The notes beneath the pieces are model-generated. The model ran no database searches. It had not been told where the DNA came from and worked only from the letters and a program-made list of their open reading frames with translations. From NCBI GenBank assembly GCA_963719495.1, contig CAVRCI010000001.1:32001-96000 (forward strand): a DNA stretch of 64,000 bases, given 5' to 3'. Positions 18,351 through 28,762 of the stretch are shown here, piece after piece. Source of the DNA: an uncultured Verrucomicrobiae bacterium. Lineage in GTDB: Bacteria; Verrucomicrobiota; Verrucomicrobiia; Chthoniobacterales; JAATET01. Both the position numbers and the translations under genes were made by a program. Within the stretch, counting starts at the first letter, position 1. Each line of letters opens with the position of its first letter.

Positions 18351-19286
18351 ATGCGCAAAAACGAGCCAATTTACGTCGCCGGGCACCGCGGAATGGCCGG
18401 CAGTGCCGTCGTCCGCCGCCTCCAAGCCCAAGGATTCGAAAACATCCTCACCGCCACCCGCGCCGAGGTCGATCTGCAGGACCCCGAAGCCGTCCGCCGA
18501 TTTTACGAAACCCACCGGCCGTCCGCCGTCGTCGTCGCCGCCGCCAAAGTCGGCGGCATCGTTGCGAACAACGAGCAGCCCGTCGAATTCCTCCTCGAAA
18601 ACCTCCGCATCCAAAACAACCTCATCGCCGCCGCCCACGAGTTCGACGTCGAAAAACTCCTCTTCCTCGGAAGCTCCTGCATTTACCCGAAATTCGCCGA
18701 CCAGCCCATCCGCGAGGATTCCCTCCTCACTGGCGCGCTCGAGCCCACGAACGAACCCTACGCCCTAGCCAAGATCGCCGGCATCCGCCTCTGCCAGTCC
18801 TACCACCGCCAATACGATCGCAATTTCATCTCGGCCATGCCGACCAATCTCTACGGCCCCCACGACAACTTCGACCTCCACACCTCCCACGTCCTCCCCG
18901 CCCTCATCCGCAAAGTCCACCACGCGAAAGCCGCCGGCGAGCCATCCGTCCCCATCTGGGGCACCGGCAGCCCCCGCCGCGAATTTCTCCACGTCGACGA
19001 CCTCGCCGACGCCTGCTTCTTCCTCCTCGAAAACTACGACTCGCCGGAAATCGTCAACGTCGGCTGCGGCCAGGACGTCACCATCCGCGAACTCGCCGAA
19101 ACGGTCTGCGAAGTCCTCGGCTACGAAGGCACCCTCACCTTCGACGCCACCAAGCCCGACGGCACCCCCCGCAAGCTCCTGGACATGACCAAACTCTTCG
19201 ATCTCGGCTGGAAGCCGAAGATTGCCCTCACCGAAGGTATCGCCGGCGCGTATCAATGGTTCCTCGAGAACGTCGAACACCCATGA
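18351..19286 (+). CDS. fcl: GDP-L-fucose synthase
   Basis: [47 protein letters not shown]. Confidence 0.96.
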   Translation: MRKNEPIYVAGHRGMAGSAVVRRLQAQGFENILTATRAEVDLQDPEAVRRFYETHRPSAVVVAAAKVGGIVANNEQPVEFLLENLRIQNNLIAAAHEFDVEKLLFLGSSCIYPKFADQPIREDSLLTGALEPTNEPYALAKIAGIRLCQSYHRQYDRNFISAMPTNLYGPHDNFDLHTSHVLPALIRKVHHAKAAGEPSVPIWGTGSPRREFLHVDDLADACFFLLENYDSPEIVNVGCGQDVTIRELAETVCEVLGYEGTLTFDATKPDGTPRKLLDMTKLFDLGWKPKIALTEGIAGAYQWFLENVEHP

Positions 19287-19870
19287 AAACTTTCACCCAT
19301 TTCGCCATCTTCGCGGGTTTGGCGAGCCTCCTCACCTCCTGCGCCACCGACACCAACATGAAAAACCGACAAGCCATCGCCGCTTACGAATCCGCCGTGG
19401 CGGAACTGAAAACCGAACCCACCGTCCGCCCCGGCAGCCCCGAGGAAGCGGCGGGCATCCAGCGCTTCAAAGACTTCTTCGGTGACATCAGCGAACAAAG
19501 CGTTCGCAAAAAGACGAAGGAAACCTACAGCGAAAACGCCTTCCTCAACGACACCCTCAAAACCGTCCAAGGCAATCAAGCCATCGAGGAATACTTCCTC
19601 GAGACCGCCAAGAACGCCAAAAAGGTCCAGGCCACCGTCGAAGACGTCGCCGTATCCGACGGCAACTATTACCTCCGCTGGGTCATGGACGTGGAATTCG
19701 CCAAATTCAAGAAGGGCAAAACCATCCGCACCATCGGCATCACCCAGGTCAGATTTACCGAAGACGGAAAAATCGCGCTCCACCAGGACTTCTGGGACCC
19801 AGCCGCCGGCCTCTACGAGCACATCCCGGTAATCGGAGGCCTCATCCGCCTAATAAAGAGCCAGTTCTAG
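19283..19870 (+). CDS. SnoaL/NTF2-like lipoprotein
   Basis: Lipobox [34 protein letters not shown] overlaps the fcl stop. Confidence 0.8.
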   Translation: MKTFTHFAIFAGLASLLTSCATDTNMKNRQAIAAYESAVAELKTEPTVRPGSPEEAAGIQRFKDFFGDISEQSVRKKTKETYSENAFLNDTLKTVQGNQAIEEYFLETAKNAKKVQATVEDVAVSDGNYYLRWVMDVEFAKFKKGKTIRTIGITQVRFTEDGKIALHQDFWDPAAGLYEHIPVIGGLIRLIKSQF

Positions 19871-20289
19871 TCTGAGGGGAAAGTTGGGGAGCGCACGCGT
19901 CCCCGCGTGCGAGCCGCGGCGTCCCGCCGCGGCTTTAGGCAAATCGAGCGAAGCGAGAGAGCCGGACAACCAAACCCTGTCATGCCGAGCCGAGCGAAGC
20001 ATCACTGGCTTCTCACCCACGCTCCCACCAAGATCGAGTCCCCCACGAAAAAGCGACGAAACCCCGCGGCGCGCCGTCTCCACCAAACGGTAGGGCGCTT
20101 CGCGCCGCGAGCGCCCTAGCCTTCACGCAGACCGCCCGCCCCACCACCCATCGCCGCCACGCCTCCCAACCCCCCGATCTCTCCACTCACCAAAACGCGA
20201 AGAACCCCGGGCAACGAACGTCACCCGGGGCTCTCCAAACTCATCACCGCGAAAAGCGGCAGCGCGCTGCGCCCGATGCAAAAGCCCCG

Positions 20290-22374
20290 TTACTTCTCGG
20301 CGTTCCGCTTCGCGGTCTCCGCGATCACGGTCTCCGCGACGTTCTTCGGACAAGGCGCGTAGTGCGAAAACTCCATCGAGAATTGGCCGCGACCCGAAGT
20401 CATCGAACGCAGATCGCCGATGTAACCAAACATCTCGCTCAAAGGGGCGTCGGCCTTGATGCGAATCCCCGTCGGAGTCGTGTCCTGCGCCTTGATCATT
20501 CCGCGGCGGCGATTGAGATCACCAATCGCGTCACCGACGTGATTCTCCGGGACGAAGACGTCCAATTTCATGACCGGCTCGAGCAACTGCGCCCCGGCCT
20601 TCGGCATCGACTGGCGGTAGGCCGACTTCGCGGCGATCTCGAACGCGATGGCCGACGAATCGACCGCGTGCGAACCACCGTCCGTGAGCGTCACCTTGAA
20701 CGCCAAACACGGGAACCCCGCGAGCACGCCCTTGTCCTTCGAATTCTTGAAGCCCTTTTCGACCGCCGGAATGTATTCCTTCGGCACGTTGCCGCCGACG
20801 ACCTTGGATTCGAACGTGAAGTCCGATCCCATCTCGAGCGGCTCGATCGTGTAATCGATTCGGGCGAATTGACCCGATCCACCCGACTGCTTCTTGTGCG
20901 TGTAGGTGTCCGAGATCGCCTTCGTGATCGTCTCGCGATACGCGACCTGCGGCTTGCCGACGGTCACTTCGACGCCGTGCGTCCGCTTGAGGATGTCGAC
21001 CTTGATGTCGAGGTGAAGCTCGCCCATTCCCTTGAGAATCGTCTCGCCGCTGTCCTCGTCGGTCTCGACGTGGAACGAAGGATCCTCCTTCACCATCTTG
21101 CCGATGGCCGTGCCGAGCTTCTCGGAAGCACCCTTGTCCTTCGGCGCGACGGCGATGGAAATGACCGGATCCGGGAAGACCATTGGCTCCAACGTCGCGG
21201 GGTCCTTCGGATCACAAAGCGTGTGGCCCGTCTGGACGTTCTTCATTCCGACGATGGCGATGATGTCACCCGCCCGGGCGGAGTCGATTTCCTCACGGCT
21301 GTCGGCGTGCATTGCAACCAGACGACCGATCCGCTCTTCCTTGCCGGTGAACGTATTGAGCACGTTCATACCCCGCTCGAGTTTGCCGGAATAGATTCGG
21401 GTAAACGTCAGCGCGCCGAACTTGTCGTCCATGATCTTGAACGCCAGCGCGCGAAGCGGCTCGTCTTCGGAGACGATGGCGAACTCGCCGGTCTCGTTGC
21501 CTTCGAGGTCGACCTCGGGTTGCGGCGGCACTTCCGTCGGGCTCGGGAGGTAATCCACGACGCCGTCGAGCACGTTCTGCACGCCCTTGTTCTTGAACGA
21601 GGACCCGCAATACGTCGGGAAGAAATCCAGCGCGATCGTGCCCTTGCGAATGAGGCGCTTGATGGTCGGAAGGTCCGGCATTTCACCATCGAGATACTTC
21701 TCCATCACGTCGTCATCCTGCTCGATGACGGTTTCGATGAGCTCCGCGCGATACTTCGCCGCGAGCTCTTTCATGTCGTCCGGAATCGGGTGAATCGTGA
21801 AGTTGAGCGGATCGCCGGAGTCATCCCAGATCATCGCGTTCTCTTCGAGCAGCTGAACGACACCCTTGAAATTCTCCTCCGTTCCGACGGGCAGCACCAT
21901 CACGAGCGGCTTGGCGGCGAGGATCTCCTCGACCTGCTTCACGACGCGGTAGAAGTCGGCGCCGATCCGGTCCAGCTTGTTCACGTAGATGACCCGCGAG
22001 ACCTTCGAGTCGTTCGCGTAGCGCCAATTCGTCTCCGACTGCGGCTCCACGCCGCCCGAGCCACAGAACACGCCGATGCCGCCGTCCAGCACCTTGAGCG
22101 AACGATACACCTCGATGGTAAAATCCACGTGGCCCGGGGTGTCGATGATGTTGAATTGATGGTCGTTCCAGAAACAGGTCGTCGCGGCCGACTGAATCGT
22201 GATCCCGCGCTCCTGCTCCTGCTCCATGAAGTCGGTCGTCGCCGCGCCGTCGTGCACCTCGCCGATCTTGTGAATTTTGCCCGTGAGCTTGAGGATTCGC
22301 TCCGTCGTCGTCGTCTTGCCGGCGTCCACGTGGGCGAAAATGCCGATGTTGCGGTATTTGGAAATGTCAGTCAT
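20290..22374 (-). CDS. fusA: Elongation factor G (stand-alone copy, not in the str operon)
   Basis: [39 protein letters not shown]. Confidence 0.95.
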   Translation of the reverse strand: MTDISKYRNIGIFAHVDAGKTTTTERILKLTGKIHKIGEVHDGAATTDFMEQEQERGITIQSAATTCFWNDHQFNIIDTPGHVDFTIEVYRSLKVLDGGIGVFCGSGGVEPQSETNWRYANDSKVSRVIYVNKLDRIGADFYRVVKQVEEILAAKPLVMVLPVGTEENFKGVVQLLEENAMIWDDSGDPLNFTIHPIPDDMKELAAKYRAELIETVIEQDDDVMEKYLDGEMPDLPTIKRLIRKGTIALDFFPTYCGSSFKNKGVQNVLDGVVDYLPSPTEVPPQPEVDLEGNETGEFAIVSEDEPLRALAFKIMDDKFGALTFTRIYSGKLERGMNVLNTFTGKEERIGRLVAMHADSREEIDSARAGDIIAIVGMKNVQTGHTLCDPKDPATLEPMVFPDPVISIAVAPKDKGASEKLGTAIGKMVKEDPSFHVETDEDSGETILKGMGELHLDIKVDILKRTHGVEVTVGKPQVAYRETITKAISDTYTHKKQSGGSGQFARIDYTIEPLEMGSDFTFESKVVGGNVPKEYIPAVEKGFKNSKDKGVLAGFPCLAFKVTLTDGGSHAVDSSAIAFEIAAKSAYRQSMPKAGAQLLEPVMKLDVFVPENHVGDAIGDLNRRRGMIKAQDTTPTGIRIKADAPLSEMFGYIGDLRSMTSGRGQFSMEFSHYAPCPKNVAETVIAETAKRNAEK

Positions 22375-22644
22375 CTGAATGGTATTGGGTTACCGCCCGA
22401 TTTGGCGGGACAGTATTCCTAGAGCACTTCGGCAAAATGGCAACCGCTAGTGTGGCGAAAAACCGGGTGTGATCGAAAGCGCGTCCGGATTGGAAGAAGA
22501 ATCTCGTGAACGCCACCAACGTCTGACCGAGGGGACGCCAGGAGGCTTGCGACGAGTCCGTGGAAAATCGCCACGGCCCAAGGCCTCGCAGCATCGGGTC
22601 TCCCGCCTCATCCAGACGCCCCCCCCCAATTCCCGCGGAGTCCA

Positions 22645-22678
22645 CCGATAAAACGTAACGGCCGTTACGTTTTATCGG
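22645..22678. repeat. Perfect 34-bp palindrome
   Basis: CCGATAAAACGTAACGG|CCGTTACGTTTTATCGG. Confidence 0.95.
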
Positions 22679-22809
22679 GAGCGGATTCATTCATTCGTCC
22701 GTTCGTTCGCTCGCCACTCCCCGTCCGGGGACCCCCGGATCCGCGGCCTTCCGACGGGCAAGCTCCGGCTCGCCAGCAGTAAGGCCCGGGCTCTTCCGAG
22801 GACCGGGCC

Positions 22810-22867
22810 ACCAATCCATTACCTGTAAAATGTGACGACCGTCACATTTTACAGGTAATGGATTGGT
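22810..22867. repeat. Perfect inverted repeat, 28-bp arms, 2-nt spacer
   Basis: ACCAATCCATTACCTGTAAAATGTGACG-AC-CGTCACATTTTACAGGTAATGGATTGGT. Confidence 0.95.
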
Positions 22868-23027
22868 TGGGGCGCTCTGCCGCCAACACCGAGGTTAGCC
22901 GGAGATTTGCTTCTCCGCGCGGGTGATATCGTGGCCACCCGAGGGAGGGTTTACTCGCGGCTCGACGCGGCCTGGCTCGTTGATCCCTATCTCACTCGCA
23001 CCTTTGGGCTCAGCCTTGAACGCACTT

Positions 23028-23900
23028 TCAATCATACCCCGAAAAACCCACAGTCGGTTCGAACCGTTCAATTGCCGGCAGAGACAGGTCTCCGACCTTC
23101 AGCCCACGATTGATCCGCAGCCCCTCCATCGTCCACCGGTGCGCGAACAAATCAAACGGCGACCGGATCCGTTCCACGGACACCGTCGGCCACAAAACCC
23201 CGCCAACCTCCCGAAACTCCGAAAACGTCACGTCCACCTCCGCCCCCGCCGTGCTCGCGAGCCCATTCAGCGTCATCCGGACCCGCACGAGCCGCCCCGT
23301 CCGCCGCTCGAACGACAACACCACCCGGTCCTCCTCCGAAAATCCAAACCCCGGCCGCACCACCGCCAACACCTGATCGCAAACCTCCCCGCCGACCCGA
23401 CCCTCGCCCGCCATCGCCAGCGTCACCCCGGCCCGCCGGAAGTAAAACGGCCCAAGCAAAAACAGCTCGTAGGCATCCGCGACCAAAGCCGCCGCCGCCC
23501 GCACCTCGTCGTCCGCCGCCGTCTTGCCGTTGTAGAGCACCGACACCTCAGCACCCGTCCGCCGCACCACCTTCGTTCCGCCCACCCCCTCGTGCCGCTG
23601 CGCCACGAGACCCGTCCCCAGAATCAACCGCTCCTCCGATCCCTTCCGAAACTCCTGATCCACCAGCACCGGCTGAAATTTCGGCCCGATCGCCCCCCAC
23701 GTCCCATCGTAGCGCACGCTCAAATCCCGCACGCGATCGAAGGCCACCCCACCCTGCGCCTCCCGCGCCCGCTCCAGCAAGGCCGCCGCCCGGTCGTCGC
23801 CCGCACCATCGATCGGGCCGGCCGGAATCCGCGTCGAGGCACACGCGGCTAAAAAGATCACCAAGCCCACGGCCCCACCCATCCACATTCCAATTTTCAT
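23028..23900 (-). CDS. Hypothetical lipoprotein (DUF6503/LolA-like fold suspected)
   Basis: Lipobox LAAC; AQGG, FLLGPF, beta-rich; ATG 23900. Confidence 0.7.
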   Translation of the reverse strand: MKIGMWMGGAVGLVIFLAACASTRIPAGPIDGAGDDRAAALLERAREAQGGVAFDRVRDLSVRYDGTWGAIGPKFQPVLVDQEFRKGSEERLILGTGLVAQRHEGVGGTKVVRRTGAEVSVLYNGKTAADDEVRAAAALVADAYELFLLGPFYFRRAGVTLAMAGEGRVGGEVCDQVLAVVRPGFGFSEEDRVVLSFERRTGRLVRVRMTLNGLASTAGAEVDVTFSEFREVGGVLWPTVSVERIRSPFDLFAHRWTMEGLRINRGLKVGDLSLPAIERFEPTVGFSGYD

Positions 23901-23963
23901 CCCCACCGATACGTCGCAGCTCGGTCCGTCGGAACCTGGCGTGGCCGCCGCGTCGCGCCAATT

Positions 23964-23984
23964 GTGACAATTTCGTAACATTCG
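23964..23984 (+). promoter_or_regulatory. Pho-box-like direct repeat upstream of the Na/Pi cotransporter
   Basis: GTGACA-N5-GTAACA with 11-bp period, 26 bp before the start codon. Confidence 0.45.
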
Positions 23985-24010
23985 GCGCGTAATTTGCTAA
24001 ATTCGTCCCG

Positions 24011-25612
24011 TTGTTTCAGATCGCCGGGGGCGTCGCCCTCATTCTATTCGGAGTTCGCTTCCTGCGAAAAAGCCTCGACCGACTCTTCGGCTCGAACCTC
24101 GCCGCGTGGCTCCGCCGCGCCACCTCCACCCGCTGGCGGGCCTTCGGCGGAGGCTGCGCCGTCGCCTGCCTCGCCCCCTCTTCCACGACGGTCGCCCTCC
24201 TCAGCCTCGACGTCATGCGGACCGGCCGCGTCCCCCCCGAACGCATGCTCGCCGTCATGCTCGGCGCGAACGTCGGCATCACCATCACCGTCCAGCTCCT
24301 CTCGTTCGACATCTACAGCTACTCGGCCGTCTTTCTCGTTCTCGGCCTCGTCGGTTTCCAATTTCTCACCCGCAATCTCTTCCGCGGCATCGGCCAATTC
24401 CTCCTCTCGCTCGGCTTCATCTTCCTCGCGATGGAAATGATCAGCCGTTCCGCCGCCACGGTCGCCACCAGTCCCGACCTCACCGACGTCATCGCCATCC
24501 TCGCCCGGCACCCCGTCCTCCTCACCCTCCTCGCCACCATCCTCACGATGCTCCTCCAGAGCTCGACCGCCGTGATCGGACTCTCCATGGCCCTCGCCGA
24601 AGGCGGACTCGGCGACACCAGTCTCATCGTCGCCGTCGTCCTCGGAGCCAACCTCGGCACCGCTGGCACCCTGCTCCTCTCCGGCTGGAACGAACTCGAA
24701 CTCCGCCGCACCGCCGTCGCAAATCTCCTCCTCAAAGGAATCCCCGTCGCCGCCCTCCTCGCCACCGCGTCCCTCTGGACTCCGTGGCTCCAAGCCCAGA
24801 CCTTCTCCCCCTCACTCTTGGCCGCCAATCTCCACACCGGCTTCAACCTCTCCGTCGCCGCCGTCGGCCTCCTCGTCCTCGGACCCGTCAGCCGGTTCGC
24901 CCGCAACCTCATCTCCGAGGACGCCCCCGGCCCGAGCACCCCGCTCCTCCCCACCACCTACCTCGACCCGCAAGCCCTCCCCATCCCATCCCTCGCCCTC
25001 GCCCACGCCAGCCGCGAGATCCTCCTCATGGCCGACACCGTCCAGTCCATGGTCACCGGCTACGGCCAGGCCCAGCGCTCCCGCAACCTGATGCTCGCCC
25101 GCGGCATCCGCGTTCAGGACGACCGCGTCGACCGGCTCAACGAAACCATCAAATCCTTCCTCAGCCAGATCAGCGAAGAATCCCTCAACCCCGTGGAATC
25201 CCGCACGCTCTTCACCCTGCTCGGCTCCGCCAACGAACTCGAATCCATCGGCGACATCGTCGACAAAAACCTCTGCGACCACCTCGTCAAACAGCTCGAA
25301 GGCAATTTCGCCGCCCCCGTCGCCGACCAATCCCGCCTCGACGGACTCCAGGATCAACTCGTCACCCGCTTCACCCTCGGCCTCGGCTTCCTCACCACCA
25401 CCGACCCCACCCAGGCCGCCGCCTTCCTCGAAACCAAAGCCGCGTTCGACCAGGAATGCCGCGCCGCGCAGACGGAACACTTCACCCGCCTCGTCCACTC
25501 CGACCCAGCCACCCTGGAAGCCAGCGCCTTCTTCCTGGACAGCGTCACCAGCTACCGCCGAATCAACGGCCATCTGGCAAACCTCGCCTACGCCTACGCC
25601 AAAGCCCGCTGA
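24011..25612 (+). CDS. Na/Pi cotransporter family protein with PhoU-like C-terminal domains
   Basis: SSTT and QSSTA repeats, GANVG/GANLGT, AHASREIL, ELESIGD. Confidence 0.9.
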   Translation: MFQIAGGVALILFGVRFLRKSLDRLFGSNLAAWLRRATSTRWRAFGGGCAVACLAPSSTTVALLSLDVMRTGRVPPERMLAVMLGANVGITITVQLLSFDIYSYSAVFLVLGLVGFQFLTRNLFRGIGQFLLSLGFIFLAMEMISRSAATVATSPDLTDVIAILARHPVLLTLLATILTMLLQSSTAVIGLSMALAEGGLGDTSLIVAVVLGANLGTAGTLLLSGWNELELRRTAVANLLLKGIPVAALLATASLWTPWLQAQTFSPSLLAANLHTGFNLSVAAVGLLVLGPVSRFARNLISEDAPGPSTPLLPTTYLDPQALPIPSLALAHASREILLMADTVQSMVTGYGQAQRSRNLMLARGIRVQDDRVDRLNETIKSFLSQISEESLNPVESRTLFTLLGSANELESIGDIVDKNLCDHLVKQLEGNFAAPVADQSRLDGLQDQLVTRFTLGLGFLTTTDPTQAAAFLETKAAFDQECRAAQTEHFTRLVHSDPATLEASAFFLDSVTSYRRINGHLANLAYAYAKAR

Positions 25613-25715
25613 CGCTCGGCTGAATCACTGAATCAAATGGGGTGAGGGCGTCCCGCCCTCAGAATCGCATCCAAGCGAGAGGACGAGACGTCCTCCCCCC
25701 GGTTGCCGGAAAAGC

Positions 25716-25778
25716 CACCAATCACAATTCACCAGTCACCCGCCACCAATCACCATTCACCGTTCACCAGTCACTCCC
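25716..25778. repeat. Degenerate heptamer tract (CACCAAT-like)
   Basis: ccaccaatcacaattcaccagtcacc...caccaatcaccattcaccgttcaccagtcac. Confidence 0.75.
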
Positions 25779-25791
25779 CACCGCCCCGCTC

Positions 25792-27122
25792 CCAGCAGTT
25801 CTCATTTTGGCATTGTTGAAGTGCCAGAGGGCGGTCGGCTGACTCGAAGGGGAGGTGAATTGGAGGGCGGCGTTGGAAGAGGCGCGAATGTTACGAAATT
25901 GTAACTTGTACTTTTTGGGCAGTACCGGCATGGCTTGGACCCAGGAAAACCACGCCGCCCGGATTGGCCCGCATTATCGGGAGGTTCCGTGCCGTGGCGG
26001 GGGGACTTCCCGATCCGCGCAAGGGTAAGAACACGAGTTTTTCGATGGCGGACATCGCGCTGAGCGCGTTTTCGGTATTCTTCACGCAGAGCGCGTCGTT
26101 TTTGAGTTTGAAGCAGGCCATGGAGGCGGCGCGCGGTCGCAACAACGCGCACTCGCTCTTCGGGGTGGGGCGCATCCCCTGCGACAACCACATCCGGGCG
26201 ACGCTGGACACTGTGGCCCCCGAACATCTCTACGAACTCTTCGACGACCTCCACGCGGGCTTCGAGGACTGCGGCCAACTCGAGGCCATGCGTGCGGTGC
26301 AGGGCACCCGACTCACCGCCTTGGACGGCACCTGGTATTTTTCCTCCCAGTCCGAGAACATCCACTGCTCGCGCATCGAGCACGCCAATGGATGCACGAC
26401 GCATTACCACAGCGCGCTGACCCCGGTCGTGGTGAGCCCCGGACACTCCCAAGTCGTGCCCTTGCGCCCAGAGTTCGTCGTCCCGCAGGACGGCCACTCC
26501 AAGCAGGACTGCTTTGATCGCCGCGGCCAAGCGTTGGCTGGCCGCCAACGCCGAGCGCTACCACACCGGCAACGACACCCTGCTCGGAGACGACCTCTAC
26601 GCCCACCAGCCCTTCTGCCGCCAAGTGCTCCTGCACGGCTTCCACTTCCTGTTCACCTGCAAGCCCGCCTCCCACACCCATCTCAGCCACCTCGAACACA
26701 ACTTCGGCCACGGCAAAGCCCACCTCTCCAGCCTACTGGCCACCATGAACCTGCTCGCCTTCGGCCTGCACACCCTGCTCGAACTCACCGACGGCAACTA
26801 CCGCCTCGTTCGCTCCGCCGTGGGCGCTCGGCGCAAGTTCTTCGAGCACATCCGCACGCTCACCACCTACCTGCACTTCGAAAGCTGGGACCATCTCATG
26901 GACTTCATGCTCCGGGGTCTGGAAATCGGCCCCTACGCCTCGCTTCGAAACTGAGCCCCATTCTTGCGGCCAATCGCGCGTCAGCCTGCCGCGCTGGCGC
27001 AGCCTGTACCGGTCCCGCCCCGCCGCCCATCAATTCCGGCGGCCACTCCACGCTCATCCCTTTGCTCCAACCCTCTCACATCTCCCCCCTGTCTGCCGGC
27101 ACCCCAAAATGAGAACTGCTGG
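25792..27122 (+). mobile_element. ISNCY-type insertion sequence, internally deleted
   Basis: 19-bp perfect TIRs CCAGCAGTTCTCATTTTGG (25792-25810) / CCAAAATGAGAACTGCTGG (27104-27122) enclosing a transposase; no target duplication seen. Confidence 0.88.
25964..26954 (+). pseudogene. ISNCY-family DDE transposase pseudogene
   Basis: LPDPRKGKN, AFSVFFTQS, LDGTWYF, LGDDLY, LEHNFGHG; frameshift near 26514 (KQDC to IAAAKRWL); apparent deletion between CKPASH and LEHNFGHG. Confidence 0.85.
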
Positions 27123-27251
27123 AGCTTCCAGCTCGCCGTGCCGACCTTCCAGGTCGACACCCGTTCGATATGGCGAAGCCTCAAATTTCCGCCCTGCTGG
27201 CCGCCCGCAACCGCTTCCGACCATCCATCAGATCCGACACCGCCCGCCGTT

Positions 27252-27455
27252 CTAAGCTGATCCGCGACCGGTTTTGGACTGCAGCTCGTCGATCCTCTTC
27301 GAAGCGTCCGCTTTCGACAAATTCTCGTCGAACTCGACGCCAGCCTCCTGGCACAACGTCTTGAGATAGGATTTTTGTGGCCCGGTCATGGGCTCGTCTC
27401 CGGTCGCCCAGTCGGCGGGATCTTTTTCAGGATTCGGGGTCACGTTTTCGCTCAT
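27252..27455 (-). CDS. DUF3072 domain protein
   Basis: KDPADWATGDEPMTGPQKSYLKTL, LSKADASKRIDEL. Confidence 0.9.
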   Translation of the reverse strand: MSENVTPNPEKDPADWATGDEPMTGPQKSYLKTLCQEAGVEFDENLSKADASKRIDELQSKTGRGSA

Positions 27456-27606
27456 GCTCAGAATACGCGCCCGAGCCCCCGCCCGGCGGCATTTTCCCGA
27501 CACCTTTGTTTCGGTCGGCGGCCCTTCATGAATCTCCCCGGCTCCCCGTCACGCTCGTTGCAGTGACCGCTCGGGTTCTGATAGCGTCCACGCTCCACCC
27601 ACTCCC

Positions 27607-27936
27607 ATGCCGACCTACGATTACAAGTGCGCCAAGTGCAAAAAGACGTTTGAGATGTTTCAGTCCATGAAGGACGACGCCCTCACGACCTGCCCCGAAG
27701 ATCACTGCCAGATGAAAAAATGGGGGAAGGGCGAGATCAAACGCCAACTCGGCGCCGGTGCCGGCCTCATCTTCAAGGGCTCCGGCTTCTACATCACCGA
27801 CTACCGAAGCGAAGGTTACAAGGCCGCCGCCAAGAAGGACTCGGCCTCCAGCGGCTCCGAGAAAAAATCCGAATCGAAACCCGCGGCATCATCCGAATCC
27901 AAACCGGCACCGAAACCGAAAAAAGCTGATGGCTGA
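27607..27936 (+). CDS. FmdB-family zinc-ribbon protein
   Basis: MPTYDYKCAKC, TTCP, FKGSGFYITDY. Confidence 0.92.
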   Translation: MPTYDYKCAKCKKTFEMFQSMKDDALTTCPEDHCQMKKWGKGEIKRQLGAGAGLIFKGSGFYITDYRSEGYKAAAKKDSASSGSEKKSESKPAASSESKPAPKPKKADG

Positions 27937-28744
27937 CGACCCCACCCCGGCGGCCGAGACCGATTGCCCCCAATGCGGATTCTCGAACGCCGCCAACCGC
28001 ACGTTTTGTCAGGATTGCGGCGCCCGTCTGGTCGGAGGCAGCGGCGGCCCGGTTCCGTCCGGTGCCCGGCCCGTCGCGGAGACGACCGCGGTTCCGCAGA
28101 CCGGAACTCGGAAATCTCGGAAATCGCGCAAGAGCCGCATCCGCCCCGATGGCGAGCGGCCCCGGCCGACCGTCCGCTCCACGATCGGAGCCGTCCTCCG
28201 CATCACCCTCTACGCCGCGATCCTCGCGGCGATCATTCAGATCCTGCGATCCCCCGGCCCGCCGCCCGATTTCCCGCTCATGCCCGCGAGCGTCTCGCAA
28301 TCGATGCGCGACCGCCTCACCGACGCTTCCGGATCCGGTGCCGGCACGCGGATGGCCTACCCCTGGAGTCTCATCAACGGCTACCTCGCCGAGCGGGTCC
28401 CAGCCGCCGTCTCGGGCGAGAACCGCTTCTTCAAAGTCGAGTTCATCCGAGCCACGGCCGAGCCCATCGGCGAAAACGTCCATCTCGCGATGGAACGCCG
28501 CGTAAACGGTCGACCGATGTTTCTCAGCTTCGACTACCATTTCGTCAGCCGGGACAACGGCGGGACGACGGCCCGCATCGTCGGCGGGTCACTCGGCCGC
28601 CTCCCCCTGCCCGGAGTCCTGGCCGCGGCTCTCGGCGGGACGGCGAAGCCAGTTTACGAGAAGCTGTTCTACGAATTGGATATCCTCGCCGAGGCCCGCG
28701 TTGTCACGATCTCGCCGGAATCCGCCGCCGTCACTTTCCCTTAA
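27929..28744 (+). CDS. Zinc-ribbon domain membrane protein
   Basis: CPQCG..N...FCQDCGA, one TM helix; ATG 27929. Confidence 0.75.
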   Translation: MADDPTPAAETDCPQCGFSNAANRTFCQDCGARLVGGSGGPVPSGARPVAETTAVPQTGTRKSRKSRKSRIRPDGERPRPTVRSTIGAVLRITLYAAILAAIIQILRSPGPPPDFPLMPASVSQSMRDRLTDASGSGAGTRMAYPWSLINGYLAERVPAAVSGENRFFKVEFIRATAEPIGENVHLAMERRVNGRPMFLSFDYHFVSRDNGGTTARIVGGSLGRLPLPGVLAAALGGTAKPVYEKLFYELDILAEARVVTISPESAAVTFP

Positions 28745-28762
28745 ACTTCGAGTCAATTCTTC

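Noticed and set aside
20362..22422. 686-aa plus-strand ORF and similar long antisense or alternate-frame ORFs (e.g. 2135-4039, 9401-10783, 31712-33205)
   Set aside because: Stop-poor shadows of genuine GC3-rich genes, with no protein motifs
22645..22867. Rho-independent terminators
   Set aside because: Stems are AT-rich, very long, almost loopless and lack 3' U-tracts
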